Assembly: GCA_048940445.1 (NCBI GenBank) | Contig: JBHLON010000013.1 | Span: 15,817-79,816, forward strand | Direction of reading: 5' to 3' | DNA length: 64,000 bases | From: Promethearchaeota archaeon | GTDB taxonomy: Archaea; Asgardarchaeota; Lokiarchaeia; Sigyniarchaeales; SOKP01 | Shown: piece by piece, positions 8,702 to 18,994 of the stretch | Numbering within the stretch: position 1 is the stretch's first letter | Layout: the number at the start of each line of letters is the position of its first letter | Notes under the pieces: generated by a model | What the model saw: the letters and a program-made list of their open reading frames with translations, nothing else | What the model was told of the DNA's origin: nothing | Databases searched by the model: none | Made by a program: the position numbers and the translations under genes

Positions 8702-11635
8702 ATGAGCTATAGTTTTTCAAGAACAAAAATGATTGAAAAAATAAAGTTTGGTCTCCTTTCTCCAGACGAAATCCGTAAAATGTCTGCAGCGAGAATAATT
8801 ACAGCAGATACTTATGATGAGGATGGTCTCCCGATTCCGAGCGGATTAATGGATCAGAGACTGGGAACAATAGAGCCGGGACAGAGATGTCAAACATGCG
8901 GAAATCTGGTTAGTAACTGTATGGGACATTTTGGTCATATTGAACTTGCTAGACCTGTCATTCATGTAGGTTATTCAAAGAAAGTTTTAAAAGTATTGAG
9001 ATCCATCTGTCCTGAATGTTCTAGGTTGATGTTAACTGAAGAAGAAAAAGAAAGGTTTAGAAAAGATCAGGTTAAACATCGTAAAATGTTTTTTGAAGGA
9101 GACGAGGAAGTATCAAGGTTAGTTTTCAAACGAGCAAGGAAATCTAAAGTTTGTCCTTATTGTGGAGCAAAGAAAAAGAAAATAATTATTGAAAAACCTA
9201 CTACTTTTTATGAAGAAGAAGAGGCAAAAGGATCTCGGAGATTGACTCCAATTGAAATATTAGAGCGTCTTAAAAAGATGAATGACAACGATCTCCGAAT
9301 TTTGGGTATTTCTCCTGAAAATGCTCGTCTTGAATGGGTAATTTTTACAGTTTTACCTATACCTCCTGTATGTGCAAGACCTTCAATTACTTTAGATAGT
9401 GGTATCCGTTCTGAAGATGATCTAACTCACAAATTAGTTGATGTCATCAGAATTAACCAGAGATTAAGAGAAAATATCGATGCTGGTGCACCACACCTAA
9501 TTGTTGAAGATTTATGGGAACTACTGCAATATCATATAACTACTTATTTTGATAATCAAGTTTCAGGTATTCCTCCTGCAAGACATCGATCTGGAAGAGC
9601 CTTAAGAACTCTAACGCAAAGACTTAAAGGAAAAGAAGGGCGATTTAGAAGTAATTTAAGCGGAAAAAGGGTAGACTTTTCTGCTCGAAGTGTTATTTCC
9701 CCAAATCCTTATATTAGTATAAATGATGTAGGAGTTCCTAAGGATGTGGCGAAGATTCTAACAATTCCTACAAATGTAAATGACTGGAATATCGAACATA
9801 TGAAACAATTGGTTTTAAATGGACCACATATACATCCTGGAGCAAATTACATTATTAGAAACGATCGAAGGAGAATTGATTTACGCTATGTTAAAAATAG
9901 GCAGCTGATTGCAGATATGTTAGCCCCTGGTTATACTGTGGAGCGCCATTTAAATAAAGGTGACTTAGTATTATTTAATCGACAACCATCTCTTCATAGA
10001 ATGTCAATTATGGCACATGAAGTTAAAATAATGGATGGTAAGACCTTTAGACTTAACTTAACTGTTTGTCCTCCTTATAATGCTGATTTTGATGGGGATG
10101 AGATGAATTTGCATGTTCCTCAGAGTGAGGAAGCTCGTACTGAAGCTGAATTATTATTAAAAGTGCAGGAACATATTCTTTCTCCTCGATTTGGAGGTCC
10201 CATATTAGGGGGGATTCAAGATTTTATATCTTCAGTGTTCCAATTCACAAGCAAAGATTCTCTTTATACTAAAAAAGAAACCTTAAAATTACTATTTTTA
10301 GGAGGAGTTTTTGATTTTAATCCTGAATTTTCATTAGATCATCTCAAACCTATTAAAACAGATCCCGAACCAATGTATTCTGGTAAACAAATATTTAGTA
10401 CATTACTTCCTGATGATTTAAATATTAGAATAAAATCTAAGTTTTGCAAAAAGTGTGATGTATGTGAGGAGGAAAATTGTTCATACGATGCCTATGTGGT
10501 TATTAGGAATGGCGAATTAGTAACCGGTACAATCGATGAAAATTCATTTGGAGCAATGCAATCAAATAGTATTTTACAAAGAATAATTAAGGATCATGGT
10601 AATGCTAGAGGGCGTATATTTTTAGATAATGCTACAAAAATGCTTCTGTATGTGATACGGAAGAATGGAATGACAATGGGTTTAGACGAAGTCTATGTAA
10701 AAGGAAGTGATTACAAATCAATCCAGAAAATTTTAGAAGATGCTGATAAAGAAGCTGATAAATTAATTAAAGCTTTTTATGAAAACGATACTAAAATTCT
10801 AAAGAGAGCTCCAGGGAGATCTATGAGAGAAACATTGGAGTTAAGAATTCGGCAAGTATTAGCAGAAGCTCGTAAAAAGGCAGAAGAAACAGCAGCTCAT
10901 TATATCGGAGATGAGGCTCATTCTGTTATCATGACGAAATCTGGAGCAAGAGGAAATATCCTAAATCTAGGGCAAATGTCTGCTGTGGTAGGACAGCAAG
11001 CAATTAGAGGTGAAAGAATAAATCGAGGATATAGTAGTAGAACTCTCCCTCATTTTAAAATAAATGATTTAAGCCCAAGATCTCGTGGTTTTGTTGAGTC
11101 TTCATATCGAAATGGATTAAATCCTGAAGAATTTTTCTTTCATGCAATGGGTGGAAGAGAAGGATTGGTTGACACTGCCGTTCGGACAAGTACTTCAGGA
11201 TATATGCAACGTAGATTAGTTAATGCTTTACAAGATATGATTATCGAAAATGATGGCACAGTTCGTAATTCAGATAAGAATATTATACAATTTAGCTTTG
11301 GTGATGATTCTGTTAATCCCCAAATGACTGATCATGGGGCAGCAGTTAATCTTGATGTTCTTTTACTTAAAGCCAAATCGCTTGATATGACTGAAATCCG
11401 AGAAGAATTGAATAAATTACCAAAAAAGCCGAAGAAAGAGACGAAGAAACCAAAAAGAGGAAAAATTACCCCTATTAAAAAAAAAGAAGAACCTGAAGTT
11501 AAAAAAGAAAAATTAGATGAGAATAAAAAAATGCAGTTATATGAGGAAGAAACTGGAAAAAATGCTATTTGGAGAGGAAAGATCACCAAGGGATATCTTG
11601 AATGGAAGAAAGAAAAATTTGGAGAGAATAAATGA
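8702..11635 (+). CDS. rpoA1: DNA-directed RNA polymerase subunit A' (Rpo1N)
   Basis: Catalytic NADFDGD, Zn-site CQTC/GHFGHIEL, GKRVDFSARSVI, GGREGLVDTAVRT. Confidence 0.99.
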   Translation: MSYSFSRTKMIEKIKFGLLSPDEIRKMSAARIITADTYDEDGLPIPSGLMDQRLGTIEPGQRCQTCGNLVSNCMGHFGHIELARPVIHVGYSKKVLKVLRSICPECSRLMLTEEEKERFRKDQVKHRKMFFEGDEEVSRLVFKRARKSKVCPYCGAKKKKIIIEKPTTFYEEEEAKGSRRLTPIEILERLKKMNDNDLRILGISPENARLEWVIFTVLPIPPVCARPSITLDSGIRSEDDLTHKLVDVIRINQRLRENIDAGAPHLIVEDLWELLQYHITTYFDNQVSGIPPARHRSGRALRTLTQRLKGKEGRFRSNLSGKRVDFSARSVISPNPYISINDVGVPKDVAKILTIPTNVNDWNIEHMKQLVLNGPHIHPGANYIIRNDRRRIDLRYVKNRQLIADMLAPGYTVERHLNKGDLVLFNRQPSLHRMSIMAHEVKIMDGKTFRLNLTVCPPYNADFDGDEMNLHVPQSEEARTEAELLLKVQEHILSPRFGGPILGGIQDFISSVFQFTSKDSLYTKKETLKLLFLGGVFDFNPEFSLDHLKPIKTDPEPMYSGKQIFSTLLPDDLNIRIKSKFCKKCDVCEEENCSYDAYVVIRNGELVTGTIDENSFGAMQSNSILQRIIKDHGNARGRIFLDNATKMLLYVIRKNGMTMGLDEVYVKGSDYKSIQKILEDADKEADKLIKAFYENDTKILKRAPGRSMRETLELRIRQVLAEARKKAEETAAHYIGDEAHSVIMTKSGARGNILNLGQMSAVVGQQAIRGERINRGYSSRTLPHFKINDLSPRSRGFVESSYRNGLNPEEFFFHAMGGREGLVDTAVRTSTSGYMQRRLVNALQDMIIENDGTVRNSDKNIIQFSFGDDSVNPQMTDHGAAVNLDVLLLKAKSLDMTEIREELNKLPKKPKKETKKPKRGKITPIKKKEEPEVKKEKLDENKKMQLYEEETGKNAIWRGKITKGYLEWKKEKFGENK

Positions 11636-11646
11636 GGTTATAAAAA

Positions 11647-12852
11647 ATGCCTAAAGTCACTAAAGAATTTTTAGAGAAAAATTTAAATGAACTCCAAGAA
11701 GATGGAATTCCCCTAGATTTAATAGAAAAAATAAGAAACCGGATAAAAGATGAAGATTTAGAGGAAGTACAATTAGAATATTTATTAAATAAAATATATA
11801 TTAATTTTAATAACGCAATTGTGGAATCGAGCGAACCCGTTGGAACTGTTGCTGCTCAATCAATTGGAGAACCAGGGACTCAGATGACTTTAAGGACTTT
11901 TCACTATGCGGGAGTAGAAGAATTCTCGGTAACCCAAGGACTTCCAAGATTAATTGAGATTGTAGATGCTAGAAGGTTTCCAGCAACTCCCGCTATGGAT
12001 ATTTATCTAGAAAAAGGATATCGTGAATCAGAAGAAAAAGCAATCCAAGTTCATAATCGTATTGAGCAAATTCGTATCGAGCAAATTGCCTCAGATGTTG
12101 ATCTTGATTTTATCGATTGGAAAATTATAATTCATCTTATTCCAGAACTCTGTGAAAGTAAAGGGATCGAAATTGACAAAATTCCAGAAGTGTTAAAGAG
12201 GTATAAGAAAAAGGGGACTATTAAACGAGAAGGAAATTCAATAATAATCGATCCCGGAATTGAAGATTTACAAAATCTTCAAAAATTAAGAGAAAAAATC
12301 CTGAAGAAAGTCGTTAAAGGGATAAGAGGGATAAAAAGGGGCTTACTTACTCCAACAGATCAATCACATGAATGGGTTATAAAAACCGAAGGTACTAATT
12401 TACAGAGTGTAGTTCAAATTGAAGGAGTAGATACAACTAGAACAGTATCAAATCATATTCATGAAATTGAAAAATTATATGGTATAGAAGCTGCTCGAAA
12501 CATGATTATAAAAGAGTCTCAGAAAGTCTTAGAACAACAGGGTCTGGATGTAGATTTGAGGCATTTATTGATTTTATCGGATTTAATGTGTGTGACTGGC
12601 TCAATTCAATCAATTGGTAGACATGGTATTTCTGGATCAAAATCGAGTGTATTTGCTCGAGCTGCTTTTGAAGTTACGGTTAATCAATTATTAGACGCAG
12701 GTCTTTATGGAGAAGAAGAGCGTCTTCTTGGAATTCCTGAAAATGTAATAATTGGACAAGTTATACCTATGGGCAGTGGACGGGTCAATGTGCGGTTCGA
12801 TCTTGATGAGAATTTAAAAATTTTGAAAGAGCTAAATCAATCACAAAAATAA
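11647..12852 (+). CDS. rpoA2: DNA-directed RNA polymerase subunit A'' (Rpo1C)
   Basis: [31 protein letters not shown]; follows rpoA1. Confidence 0.99.
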   Translation: MPKVTKEFLEKNLNELQEDGIPLDLIEKIRNRIKDEDLEEVQLEYLLNKIYINFNNAIVESSEPVGTVAAQSIGEPGTQMTLRTFHYAGVEEFSVTQGLPRLIEIVDARRFPATPAMDIYLEKGYRESEEKAIQVHNRIEQIRIEQIASDVDLDFIDWKIIIHLIPELCESKGIEIDKIPEVLKRYKKKGTIKREGNSIIIDPGIEDLQNLQKLREKILKKVVKGIRGIKRGLLTPTDQSHEWVIKTEGTNLQSVVQIEGVDTTRTVSNHIHEIEKLYGIEAARNMIIKESQKVLEQQGLDVDLRHLLILSDLMCVTGSIQSIGRHGISGSKSSVFARAAFEVTVNQLLDAGLYGEEERLLGIPENVIIGQVIPMGSGRVNVRFDLDENLKILKELNQSQK

Positions 12853-13068
12853 ATAAAATTTCCAATAATTTAGTTATCTATTCTAATTAAATTAAAAATC
12901 AAACTGAAGAAAATATTTTAATGGTTATGATGTTTTTTTATCTAATAATACATTCTGATTTTAAAGAAGAAATAGATTCAAGAAAATAGCGTTAAAAATT
13001 TAAATTATAATGCATTTATTTTATTACTTTATTATTGATTTATTAAAAGGATAAGTTATTGTAAGATA

Positions 13069-13443
13069 ATGGTAAAAAAAAACAAAAAGATTAGCGAAAC
13101 TATTGATTTATCGCGTAAAAAAGAAAAAGAATTTGATATAGACACAAATATTAAAGTTGTCTATAAAACGGGGAAAATTATTTACGGCAAAGAGCAAGTT
13201 TTAAGGCAATTACGACAAAATCCTTTTAAGATGTTAATTATTGCAAATAATTGCCCAAAAGAATTTGAGGATCAAATAAATTATTATAATTCTTTATTGA
13301 AAGATGGAACCTTTGTTCATAAATATAAAGGTTCTTCTTGGGATTTAGGTCTTGCTATGGGTAAGCCATATATGATATCAGTAATTGGAATAAATGATTT
13401 TGGAGACTCAGATTTAACTTCTTTAAAAATAAAGGCAAATTAA
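13069..13443 (+). CDS. rpl30e: 50S ribosomal protein L30e
   Basis: KTGKIIYG, IIANNCP, YKGSSWDLG..GKPY; canonical position after rpoA2. Confidence 0.95.
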   Translation: MVKKNKKISETIDLSRKKEKEFDIDTNIKVVYKTGKIIYGKEQVLRQLRQNPFKMLIIANNCPKEFEDQINYYNSLLKDGTFVHKYKGSSWDLGLAMGKPYMISVIGINDFGDSDLTSLKIKAN

Positions 13444-13466
13444 TTAAGTAAGTTGATTCTTTAAAA

Positions 13467-13940
13467 ATGTTAAAAAAAAATATTAAATTTGATAGACAGT
13501 CAATGGAACTTATTTCTTTATTTAATAGTATTACAGGGGCAATAATCAAAGACTGCTTAATATTTCAATCTCCAGAAAATGATAATGAGATTGTAATTTT
13601 TTTGGTGAAAAAAGAGGATGTGGGGAAAGCAATTGGAAAAGCTGGAGAACACGTAAAAGATCTTATGGCTAAATTACAAAAAAAAATTGATGTCATTCCT
13701 TGGTCTGATAAACTTGAAGAATTCATACAATTTATTTTGAATACTTCAAAGAATTCAATCAAAATGCAAAATATAGAAATTAGAGAAAATAAAAATCAAA
13801 AGAAGACAGTTATTATCTCAGTACGTCCCCAAGATAGAGGAAAAGCAATTGGCAAAGAAGGTTCAATGATAAGAAAAATAAAAGAATTAGTGTTACGTCA
13901 TTTTGAAGTAGATAATGTCATAATTAATACTAAAAACTGA
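13467..13940 (+). CDS. nusA: Archaeal NusA (two KH domains)
   Basis: Two GKAIGK.G KH motifs; synteny with rpl30e and rps12. Confidence 0.95.
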   Translation: MLKKNIKFDRQSMELISLFNSITGAIIKDCLIFQSPENDNEIVIFLVKKEDVGKAIGKAGEHVKDLMAKLQKKIDVIPWSDKLEEFIQFILNTSKNSIKMQNIEIRENKNQKKTVIISVRPQDRGKAIGKEGSMIRKIKELVLRHFEVDNVIINTKN

Positions 13941-14049
13941 AACTATAATATTCCTTATCCAAAAATTTTAAGTTTAAAGCTATACTCATTTTTGTATTGC
14001 ATGAATATTAAAATTAGTTATATTACAACAATAATTTAAAACGATTTAT

Positions 14050-14484
14050 ATGAGCAAACCTAAAGGTTTATTTGCAGCGAGGAAACTTCGTACCAATCGT
14101 AAGAAACTACGTTGGTCAAAAACCAAATATAAACGCAAGAAACTTAAGTTAAAAAAGAAAGTCGATCCTCTTGAAGGGTCTCCCCAAGCTTTAGGCATTG
14201 TTCTTCAAAAAGTTGGACGAGAAAGCAAACAACCTAACTCTGCCATTCGAAAATGTGTGCGTGTACAACTTAAAAAGAATGGAAAAGGTGTCACAGCTTT
14301 TCTTCCAGGCGATGGAGCTCTTAACTTCATTGAGGAGCATGATAGGGTTACTATTGAAGGAATTGGTGGAGCAAAAGGACGATCTATAGGCGATCTCCCT
14401 GGAGTAAGATATAAAGTAGTTAAAGTGAATGGAGTCTCTTTGGATGCACTTATCAAAGGTATTAAAGAAAAACCGATGCGTTAG
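14050..14484 (+). CDS. rps12: 30S ribosomal protein S12 (uS12)
   Basis: [25 protein letters not shown]. Confidence 0.99.
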   Translation: MSKPKGLFAARKLRTNRKKLRWSKTKYKRKKLKLKKKVDPLEGSPQALGIVLQKVGRESKQPNSAIRKCVRVQLKKNGKGVTAFLPGDGALNFIEEHDRVTIEGIGGAKGRSIGDLPGVRYKVVKVNGVSLDALIKGIKEKPMR

Positions 14485-14495
14485 AGGTAAATTCA

Positions 14496-15113
14496 ATGAG
14501 TAAGCAAAAGAGAGAAATCAAATTGTTTGATAAGTGGCCTTATACTGATATGGAAATCAGTGATTGGACTCTAGAAAAGTATATTAATTTAAAACCAGTC
14601 ATTATACCTCACTCAGCAGGCAGACATGAACATAAAAGGTTTTGGAAAACTTCACGAGTCTCTATTATTGAAAGGTTTGTTAATAGATTATTAGCACCAG
14701 GTTTTATCGGAAGTAAAATAAAGGGCCATAAAAGCTCATACAACTCAGGTAAAAAAAGTAAATTATTAACTAGCATTAAAGATGCATTTACATTAATAGA
14801 ACTAACTTCTGGCAAAAATCCAATTCAAGTGCTCGTAGATGCTATTTGCAATACAGCGCCCAGAGAAGAAACTACTAGAATAGCGATGGGAGGCATTTCT
14901 TATGCATCAGCGGTTGATATATCTCCTCAACGTCGAGTAGATTTAGCAATTAAATATTTGGTTCAAGCTATTGGCTCTAGAGCCCATTCTAATGTGAAAC
15001 AATTTGAAGAAAACCTTGCTCAAGAGCTAATTTTAGCAGCAAACAATAGTCAAGATTCAAGAGCCATAAAACGCAAAGATGAAATTGAGAGAATAGCAGT
15101 TTCTGCTCGTTAA
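14496..15113 (+). CDS. rps7: 30S ribosomal protein S7 (uS7)
   Basis: NPIQVLVDAI..APREE, AVDISPQRRVD, ERIAVSAR. Confidence 0.99.
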   Translation: MSKQKREIKLFDKWPYTDMEISDWTLEKYINLKPVIIPHSAGRHEHKRFWKTSRVSIIERFVNRLLAPGFIGSKIKGHKSSYNSGKKSKLLTSIKDAFTLIELTSGKNPIQVLVDAICNTAPREETTRIAMGGISYASAVDISPQRRVDLAIKYLVQAIGSRAHSNVKQFEENLAQELILAANNSQDSRAIKRKDEIERIAVSAR

Positions 15114-15346
15114 TTAGAAATTATTCTAAATTAAACTCAATTCTTAATTATTATAAAGCTCTCTTCAAATTTCACTTTTTATAATATTTTAAAAATATAA
15201 ATATATTATCTGGATATTATCAGAATTAGTATAAGGCTGTATTTCTCCTAAATTTTTATATATTGCAAAATTCATAATTTAGTTAATCAAATTGAAAGAA
15301 ATCTTACGATTTTGATAATAACTTAGGATTCGACAAAAAAACCTCT

Positions 15347-17260
15347 ATGATCGAAAGGCATTTACGGATATTAGGACAGAAAGTTAGGATTGATATCTTA
15401 AAGAAGTTGGATAATAGTTTAGTACCATTATCTTTTTCAACTCTTCAAAAAGAAATCTGTGATCTTAATCAAAGTAATATTAATTTATCGTTTCATTTAA
15501 GGACTCTAAAGGAAGCAAATTTGATAGAATCCATAGAAGAAGGCTATCAAATCACAATTTTAGGAAAAAAAATTCTGAATAATATCATCTTAATGGAACA
15601 AATCCTGAATGCCCAAAATAAAACGATTATGATAAGAACCTCTAAATATTCTAAAGAACCGTTTAATATTAAAAAAATTGAAGAATATTTGATAAGAGAG
15701 GGAGAAATGGAAGAATATCAGGCAAAACAAATTGCAAGTGAAGTTCAAGAGCGTCTGAGTAAAACTAAAATAGATTATCTTACTGCTCCTTTAATGAGAG
15801 AGTATATTAATGCAATATTATTAGAAAATGGATTGGAGAAGGTGAGACATAAACTTACTAGATTGGGGACACCCCCATATGAAGCTATTGCTCTATTTGA
15901 AGATGCTGCAGTGAATCCAGAACAGTTTCTGGAGAGATTGGGCTCTGATGTTTCTGAACAATTGCTTCTATTAAACTTTTTGCCAAATCCTTTAGCGGAC
16001 TTATATTTATCTGGAGAAATAGTATTTTTAAATTTAAATCAGTGGGCCTTAAGACCTTTAAGTTTCTATATTAATACCGAATCAATATTAAACTATATCA
16101 AAAAGTCTGGCTCTTTAAAGATTGGAGAGCTTTCGACTTTATTTGAATATGTAAGGGTAATTCTAGAATTCCATAATACAATTTCGCTATTTAAACCATT
16201 CTTTTCGGGAGATATGGTCCTTGGTAATTTTGACAGACATTTTCTCTCCCATATTCCTTTTAAAAATCAAGAATTAATTAACTTGTTGGTAAATCAACTT
16301 TGTAACTTAAGTAAATCGATTACACTAGATTTTTCTTGCGAATATAATCATCATCTAAATGAATTATTCTTTTTATCTTTAAATTCGCTTATAGATTCCA
16401 AAGAAAATAATAATATCCCTTTAGTTTTATTAGATAATTCTAATTTAAACATGTTTGAATCTAATCTATTTTCCTGTAAACTAATCCCCAAGTTAAAAAA
16501 TAGCTTTATTTTTTGTAATAAAAACTCATGTTTATTGAATTCCTCAATTATTAATTTAAAATTAAACCATACTTGCAACCTTTCTAATAATAAAATAGTG
16601 TTAGATAAAATTTTAATTAATTTACATTCAATAGCTCTACAGAGTAATCAAAATGATGATATATTTTATGAATTAATTACTGATCGGTTGAGCAAATTAT
16701 TTGAACTTTATAAGATTAAGGTACAATTAGTATCCAAGAAATTAAGTCCATTAAGAGAATGGGAGAAGGTAACACAATCATTCTTTAATGACAAAGGGCT
16801 AAGTTTATTAAAGAATTCTATAAAATCTGTATCATTCTTTGGATTAAATAAAGCCGTAAAAACACATTGCGGAATTGAACTTGATCGAATTGATACGAGC
16901 CATAAATTTGCTTTAAAAGTTATTACATTAATGAATAAAATTGTTAATGAAACAGCACAAGATGAGAATGAAAATTATATCCTAAGTCAACCACATAATG
17001 ATGAGTACTTATATACACCTACTAATATTATTAATACTGGGTTAGAAGAAGAAGAATTTAAAGGCTACTCAATGAATATTATAAGAACAGAATCAAATTT
17101 ACCTCTGGAAAACCAAATCTCGCTCTTTAAAAAATTTGAATTAAAACTCAACGGTGGGGCTATTTTTAATTATTATTTGGCTGAAAATGACCAACAAGCA
17201 ATAAAAAACTTCATTGACGTAGTAGGTAGATCGAAGTTATCTGCATTTCGCTTTTATTAA
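15347..17260 (+). CDS. ArsR-type wHTH + ATP-cone + degenerate class III ribonucleotide reductase (NrdD)-like protein
   Basis: N-terminal RIDILKKL..LSFSTL..LSFHLRTL..LI...Y.IT.LG; ATP cone IRTS...EPFN..KI...LTAPLMREYINAILLE.G...TRLG.P; NrdD-like SFFGLN.AV and NGG; no C-terminal Zn-Cys or glycyl-radical motif. Confidence 0.8.
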   Translation: MIERHLRILGQKVRIDILKKLDNSLVPLSFSTLQKEICDLNQSNINLSFHLRTLKEANLIESIEEGYQITILGKKILNNIILMEQILNAQNKTIMIRTSKYSKEPFNIKKIEEYLIREGEMEEYQAKQIASEVQERLSKTKIDYLTAPLMREYINAILLENGLEKVRHKLTRLGTPPYEAIALFEDAAVNPEQFLERLGSDVSEQLLLLNFLPNPLADLYLSGEIVFLNLNQWALRPLSFYINTESILNYIKKSGSLKIGELSTLFEYVRVILEFHNTISLFKPFFSGDMVLGNFDRHFLSHIPFKNQELINLLVNQLCNLSKSITLDFSCEYNHHLNELFFLSLNSLIDSKENNNIPLVLLDNSNLNMFESNLFSCKLIPKLKNSFIFCNKNSCLLNSSIINLKLNHTCNLSNNKIVLDKILINLHSIALQSNQNDDIFYELITDRLSKLFELYKIKVQLVSKKLSPLREWEKVTQSFFNDKGLSLLKNSIKSVSFFGLNKAVKTHCGIELDRIDTSHKFALKVITLMNKIVNETAQDENENYILSQPHNDEYLYTPTNIINTGLEEEEFKGYSMNIIRTESNLPLENQISLFKKFELKLNGGAIFNYYLAENDQQAIKNFIDVVGRSKLSAFRFY

Positions 17261-18181
17261 TTAATCTGATAGAAGTTCAGCTAGAATTGCTTTTCTCATA
17301 GGTATTCCATAATAGGCTTGTCTAAAATAAATAGCTTTATCTGAACTATCTATTTCAGGAGAAATTTCTGTCACTCTTGGTAAAGGATGCATAATTTTAA
17401 AATTATTTTTAGTAATTTTCAGATCTTCATTGGTAAATATATAGAAGCTCTTTACCCGATCGTATTCTTCCACATCAGCAAATCTTTCCTTTTGAATTCT
17501 AGTTACATATAAAATATCTAAAACTTTTAAAATATCTCGATATTTCTCAACTTCCTTATATTTTACTTTCCTTTGTTGTAACAATTCCTTATCTCTATTT
17601 CTTAGCATTAAATCCTTGGGACTTATAAAGTAAATATTAACATCAAACTTTGACAATAAAATTGCAAGTGAGTGAACAGTTCTGCCATATTTCAGATCTC
17701 CCATAATACCTATATTTAAACCATCTATTTGGCCTTCTTCTTCATTAATTGTGAGCAAATCTAATAAAGCTTGAGTAGGATGTTCACCACTTCCAGATCC
17801 TGCATTTATTATCGGAACTCTTGCAAATTTTGCAGCTAAAGTAGCTGCTCCTTCCAAAGGATGCCTAATAACGATACAATCACTATAGTTTTCTACTGTT
17901 CTAATAGTATCAGCAATACTTTCTCCTTTCTTTATCGAAGACGCATCTGCTGATGAAAATCCAATAACTTCTCCTCCTAATCTGTGCATAGCAGATTCAA
18001 AGCTTAAGCGCGTACGTGTAGATGGTTCAAAAAATAAAGTTGCGAGTATCTTTCCTTTAAGAAGATCCAGATTTTTGTCATTTTGAAGCATTTCCTTAGC
18101 CTTTTTTAATAAATATTCAATATCTTCTCGATCGAATGTTCTAGCAGTGATTATACCTTCTTGAAATTTCTCTTTGAACAT
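17261..18181 (-). CDS. pyrB: Aspartate carbamoyltransferase catalytic subunit
   Basis: FFEPSTRTRLSF, HPTQALLD, GDLKYGRTVHS, MHPLPR. Confidence 0.99.
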   Translation of the reverse strand: MFKEKFQEGIITARTFDREDIEYLLKKAKEMLQNDKNLDLLKGKILATLFFEPSTRTRLSFESAMHRLGGEVIGFSSADASSIKKGESIADTIRTVENYSDCIVIRHPLEGAATLAAKFARVPIINAGSGSGEHPTQALLDLLTINEEEGQIDGLNIGIMGDLKYGRTVHSLAILLSKFDVNIYFISPKDLMLRNRDKELLQQRKVKYKEVEKYRDILKVLDILYVTRIQKERFADVEEYDRVKSFYIFTNEDLKITKNNFKIMHPLPRVTEISPEIDSSDKAIYFRQAYYGIPMRKAILAELLSD

Positions 18182-18341
18182 AATTATACCTAATAAGAGT
18201 TTTATTAAAATTATGAATGAAAAATATAAATTCTTTTTTATTGGATAAGACTAAACTTATTAAGAAATTAATCAGAACTAATAAAATTTAAAATTTATAA
18301 AGAATTATCTATGTTATTCTAAAGAAAGAAGGTTATGACTA

Positions 18342-18623
18342 ATGAAATATCCTCGAACTGTTCAGAGATATTGTAAAAATTGCAGAAAACATACTAAACA
18401 CAATATATCCATATATAAAAAAGGAAAAGAAAGGATGCTAAATCACGGGAGACGTAGGTTAGAAAGAAAGAAAAAAGGATATGGGTCATTTCCTAAAGAA
18501 ATATTTCATAAAAATGCAAAAATAAATAAACGAACAACGCCTTTATTAGAATGTAGCGAATGTGGTAAAAAACAATACGCTAAATCCTATCGTGTAAAAA
18601 GATTAGAATTACAAGCAGCATAG
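18342..18623 (+). CDS. rpl44e: 50S ribosomal protein L44e (eL42)
   Basis: [11 protein letters not shown]...GYG...LECSECGK. Confidence 0.97.
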   Translation: MKYPRTVQRYCKNCRKHTKHNISIYKKGKERMLNHGRRRLERKKKGYGSFPKEIFHKNAKINKRTTPLLECSECGKKQYAKSYRVKRLELQAA

Positions 18624-18636
18624 TGAGTTAATTACA

Positions 18637-18843
18637 ATGCCAAAGAAAAAAGCTCAAAGAGATTTGATTCCAAATCCAAACAGCAGATTTTTAAGAGTAA
18701 AGTGTTTAAATTGCGGAAATCAACAAATAATTTTTGGATGTTCCGCTACAGATGTGTCTTGTTTAGTTTGTGGTAAACTTCTACTTCAATCTACTGGAGG
18801 TAAAGCACGTATATTAACAAAGATTTTAGAAGTACTTTCTTAA
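18637..18843 (+). CDS. rps27e: 30S ribosomal protein S27e
   Basis: [18 protein letters not shown]...CLVCG...TGGKA. Confidence 0.98.
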   Translation: MPKKKAQRDLIPNPNSRFLRVKCLNCGNQQIIFGCSATDVSCLVCGKLLLQSTGGKARILTKILEVLS

Positions 18844-18994
18844 ACACTACTACATTAACCTTATTCGTATTTTTCTCAATTAAACTATTTTTACTATAAA
18901 CTTTAAATAATTTTTTAGTTTAATATTTAAATAATTTCGAATCTAGTATTTATCTTATATAGATAATCCAATTAGCAAATTAGTTGAATAAGTA

